Assembly: GCA_964057225.1 (NCBI GenBank)
Contig: OZ059895.1
Location: forward strand, 8,680,001 to 8,744,000
From: Auanema rhodensis
Lineage: Eukaryota > Animalia > Nematoda
Length of the DNA: 64,000 nt
Direction: 5' to 3'
Part shown: positions 59,901 to 64,000 of the stretch, piece after piece
Layout: each line of letters opens with the position of its first letter
How positions within the stretch are numbered: position 1 is the stretch's first letter
Made by a program: the position numbers and the translations under genes
The notes under the pieces: model-generated
The model's input: only the letters and a program-made list of their open reading frames with translations
Databases searched by the model: none
What the model was told of the DNA's origin: nothing

Positions 59901-60589
59901 TAACAACTATCATATCAGCACGATCAAATTCAAAATCAACATGCATATCGTTTTCTGAACGTCTTTTTGTTTCCGTATTTGTATATGAAACCTTAATAAG
60001 AATACAAGAAATTATGAAATATATTCTAGATTTCGAGATTTCATACCTCCCAATGGCTGAGAAAAACACCAGATTGAATATTTCCAAACATTATTGCTGA
60101 TAAATTTACATCGATGAAACATGTTCTGAAATGTATAAATAATACATACAACTTTTAATGTTATTTTACATAAGACTCCTATCAAAGCATTCTTGACTGA
60201 ATACACTTAAGCTTCCTTTGTAATGATGAGGAAGTCCAACACTATTCAACTTTGCCAAAAATTTTCGAATAGCTTGCAAAAAATTCTTCTGGTAATCTGT
60301 GTTTGTCACCCAAAATCAAGAAAATACACATATTTTCTGATCATTCTAACCTCATAATGAACATCAACAAACTTTAAACACCCTATTTCCTCAATTTCAT
60401 TCGAAGTACCGTCATCAATGGTAAAGTGCCATTGGTCAAAACACTAAAACTATGAGATATGATTTGGAACAAGAAGATGTTCTTTACCGATACTAAAGAT
60501 TGTTTATGTATATCATGAACCTGTTGATTAGAATATGGGATTTCTAATTTTATTCGAGATGATATTCCTTTTTCGAAATGGTCCGCCAT
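53948..60589 (-). CDS. RNA-dependent RNA polymerase, EGO-1/RRF-1 class (complete, many exons)
   Basis: IKLEIP N-terminus, [47 protein letters not shown]|SDLDGDEY (DLDGD at 56498-56512), AVDFTKSG. Confidence 0.95.
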
Positions 60590-60725
60590 CAGTCTTTAAC
60601 AACATGATAAACCTGGTGAAAGCTTCTATACTCAAATAGAAAAACCTGGCTCAAACCATAAATAAACAAAAAGTCAAAAAAAAAAAATTTATTACAGTGT
60701 TCAAAACAAAACATAGTTCTTACAA

Positions 60726-63700
60726 TTACATATTCATAGAATTTAATTTCTCCTGAATTTTCGATGTGAAGAAATTGAGCATTTCTTGAGGCTAAATGAT
60801 AACCAAGTCAAATTAAAAAGAAAAGAAATACTTACTCCTCCCGTCATTTTAAAATATCTATCCATTTTTACTACAGCAATATCTTTTAGCTTTCTTAAAG
60901 CTTTAGTAGTTCCACGAGCCATAATAATAATTACACCTTAATTTAATATTTAAATATAATAATTTTATATACTACAACCATCTTTTAAACTTCTCGCCGA
61001 TATTTCTGATACTTTAGAAGCATATTTTAATTTTTCCAGTAAATGATCATCATTCGTATCTATTGCAAATAAATTAAAGAAAATAAACATATTTAAAAGC
61101 TATACCAGTAGGTAATAACATTATAAATGGGTCACCATCCAGAATTACATCATTGGGCCCTTCTGTATTATCAGGAATTATTGTAAACTTTAAGCTTATT
61201 AATAAAGTGTAGTAAGTTCTTGCAGATAACTAAACATAACATCTTGAGAATAAATAATTGAATCAAAATAACCTCATGAAGTGGTAACCATTCGCCTCTC
61301 ATTAATATAGATTTATAACCAAAACTGGTAAAATCAATATGCGAAAGTCTTTTAAAGTAAATGGATCCAAGGAAATCAAAAAAGGAAACAAGTAGTTCAT
61401 AACAATAAGTCAATTCTATAGACTCTTTTCGCAAAGTTTCCAATGATACATTTTCATCAATCTGTATTTATTTTATTTCAAGCTTGTCCCAAAGAGGATT
61501 TACCTGTCGCATGAAAACCCTACCATAGGTATCAAATAGCCGGAAAGAGGTAGAAAAATTGTTTGTACCATGAGCAATAAGAAGATGTAGAAGATGACGT
61601 TTCGAAAACCGAGATTCTTGTTCAAAGTTGTTTTCTGCCCACTCCGATAGAATAAAGAGTATATTCAATAATCCTAAAATAAGTCAAATAAGGATCAACT
61701 TTTTAAACGATTACCAGCATATTTAGCACAATATTTTGCTAACAACGGTATTCCTGCGATGTATTGCTCGAAATGTCGGAATGATTCAGGATTGTTGCTA
61801 ACATGATTTTCACAAATATCCTTCACAACCTGCAAAAATATAAATTAGGTTATTATGTAATTTGAAAAGGCTATCCGTACAGATAATACGGATTCTGAGT
61901 ATGCAGTCTGAAAATACTTATTGTCGGAATTCAAAACATTAGCAGTTCGAATATCTCCTAGAATGTCATACACTAGCCAAGCGAATGACAAGTATCTTTC
62001 TTTATTTTCTAAAGCATGTCCTAAATCAAGCAATAAAAGTGTTATAATTATAATAGCTTTTCATACTATAAGAAACCATGTAATAAGCTGAAGCTTTCTG
62101 TTTCATTTTCAAATCTATATGAGAAGCATATCGACGAATAATGTCGCTACTGTCCTCATACACTGAGCTTGATGTAGTTAAAGTCATATATGAACCAAAT
62201 TCCTGAAAAGTGAATGAAAGCTACAAGAGAAACAGGAGCGATACCTCAAAAAAATCTTTTCGAAACTGTCGATATAAATCGGTAACAAGTTTATCGATAA
62301 TTTGTTTAGTATTAAAGTAACTTTGATCCTCTGTGCTCTGCCAATGTAAAATTAATAAAATAACCAATATTTTTCCAATGTATTACCTTTTCCGCCATGC
62401 AATGTCTATTTTCTTGAACACATCCCGAAAATAACTCAGCTTCTGATTGAATAAAATAACTTGCCATAATAGACTAAACCATAAAAACATTGATTATAAA
62501 AATAAAATCATCACATACTCTCATTTGGCTAGAATATCTTTTGAAAATATTAGAAACAGCAAATTCATAACTCTCCCAGCCCACAACTTCTAAGAGTGCA
62601 TCTATCTAGAATTTATCGAATAAACAATATGGTTAAAGAACAATACCTCAATAGGAGGTGGAACTTTGAGTTCCTCTGACACAAGTTCCTCTACTTTTTT
62701 AACTTCTCTGTAAAGTTCGCCTATTAAACGAGCACTTGCATATGTAGGTTTCAAATTTCGAAGAGGATTATAATCAGGATAATACTCTACTTTTTCAGGA
62801 GGACACCATTTTCGAAAATCATCTTCATCTGAAAAAAAAAGAATGAACCATAGGTGATGTATTTTCTTAACACCTTGTTCCCACGAAGTTTGGAGTTTAG
62901 CAGGGGGATTGCCGGTTTTAGGAAAGTCTATTGCAATCGAAGCTTTTTCAGCTAATCGTGTAGATACCTGAAGATAGAATAGCATGAATAAAACGAGCAG
63001 TGTATCACTGACTGTGGAATCAATATGATATAAATCCGAATTGTGAAGATGGCAATTAGATATAACACCTATGGCATCCTGACTTATTACATTAACAAAA
63101 AATTTTGCACACTCTTCGTTCTGAAATATATACTTTTACTAGAAAGAGAGTATTAACTTAATTACTAAGTTAGACATGTTGATAGGAATCTTTTGCGATG
63201 GTTGGGCTGTGTAAGCACCCGCAGGACTATTTTCCTCCAAAAGTAGTTCTGGGTCCCATATAACGCTATACTCATCTCCATCCAGATCGGATCCTATAAG
63301 TAGTATTTCAAAGTTAAAACTTCAGCAAAGTTGAGCATTAAAAATACCTGCCATTTCATCAGGATGAGGACGGGGTCCGTAACTCGGAAAAACTAGAACG
63401 TCTACTAGATGATGGAGTTCCGGAACATCAATAGCTTCAAATATTCGTACATCACCAACCACCATTGTTGGACTTTTAGTGATCATTGCTGGTCCTTAAA
63501 TTAAAATATAGTTATTTTTATCTTCTGCAATGTTTTAAAACCTATGTGAACAATATTTTTTGTTTTGGAAGTTGGATTATATTCAGTGGATATACTAGAA
63601 TATTGGAAAAAAACCTAAACTAACTAACTTTAACAATAGTTTCCGGAAGTACTCATACTTGGCCTGATTGTAATCGACCACTTTCATCTAAAACTCCCAT

Positions 63701-64000
63701 CATGCCTCGACCTAAACCTCTAGGTATGGCAATTCGTAGTTTTTGCAACTGTCTTGCTATAAAAAATCATACAGTATGTTTATTCGTAATAACCAAACTT
63801 ATGGTGGAATGAGCATTGGCTAAGAGCATTCCTCGAAAGAAAGGTTCAAACGATAAACTCAAGCCAGTTCTATGATCCAGCCTCGTGATGTCAATCCTCC
63901 TAGGAAGTTCCTACAAAATGTCCTCAGATGAGTTGCAATCCAAATAGTAACCATTAATTTATTTTTACAATGATGGTCTGAAGAAATTTGCTTAGCAATA
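60726..64000 (-). CDS. Second, more divergent RdRP paralogue (5' truncated by the window edge)
   Basis: [48 protein letters not shown]|SDLDGDEY (DLDGD at 63274-63288), [20 protein letters not shown]; stop lies 136 nt upstream of the next RdRP ATG. Confidence 0.95.

Overview
AT-rich, intron-dense rhabditid nematode genomic DNA (typical introns about 40-55 nt, many AAG/GAG acceptors), not a prokaryote. About 23 protein genes were reconstructed by manual splicing: coronin-like, mec-8 (intronless CDS), rskn-2/MSK, dod-18/Maf, ABHD18-like, cyc-1, glomulin-like, eIF2-beta, arx-1, dnc-5, SPATS2-like, rpl-1, AAGAB-like, ZNRF-like, C1orf109/AIRIM-like, PCED1-like, wdr-23, an F-box gene, a small secreted protein, nekl-1 and two tandem ego-1/rrf-1-class RdRPs. 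The named genes are, from recall, chromosome I (Nigon A) genes in C. elegans. Most striking: (1) dod-18 (-) and ABHD18 (+) start in the same CATG palindrome, and each gene's putative trans-splice acceptor sits in the other's first intron, suggesting interlocked antisense transcription units; (2) a highly structured intron in rskn-2 next to two in-frame 5' splice sites that add or remove 6 residues just before the activating Thr of the C-terminal kinase domain; (3) intronless mec-8 with a candidate 3'UTR intron at NMD distance; (4) a candidate orphan structured RNA at about 6.3-6.5 kb. Gene models and homologies are by eye and from memory; no searches were run.
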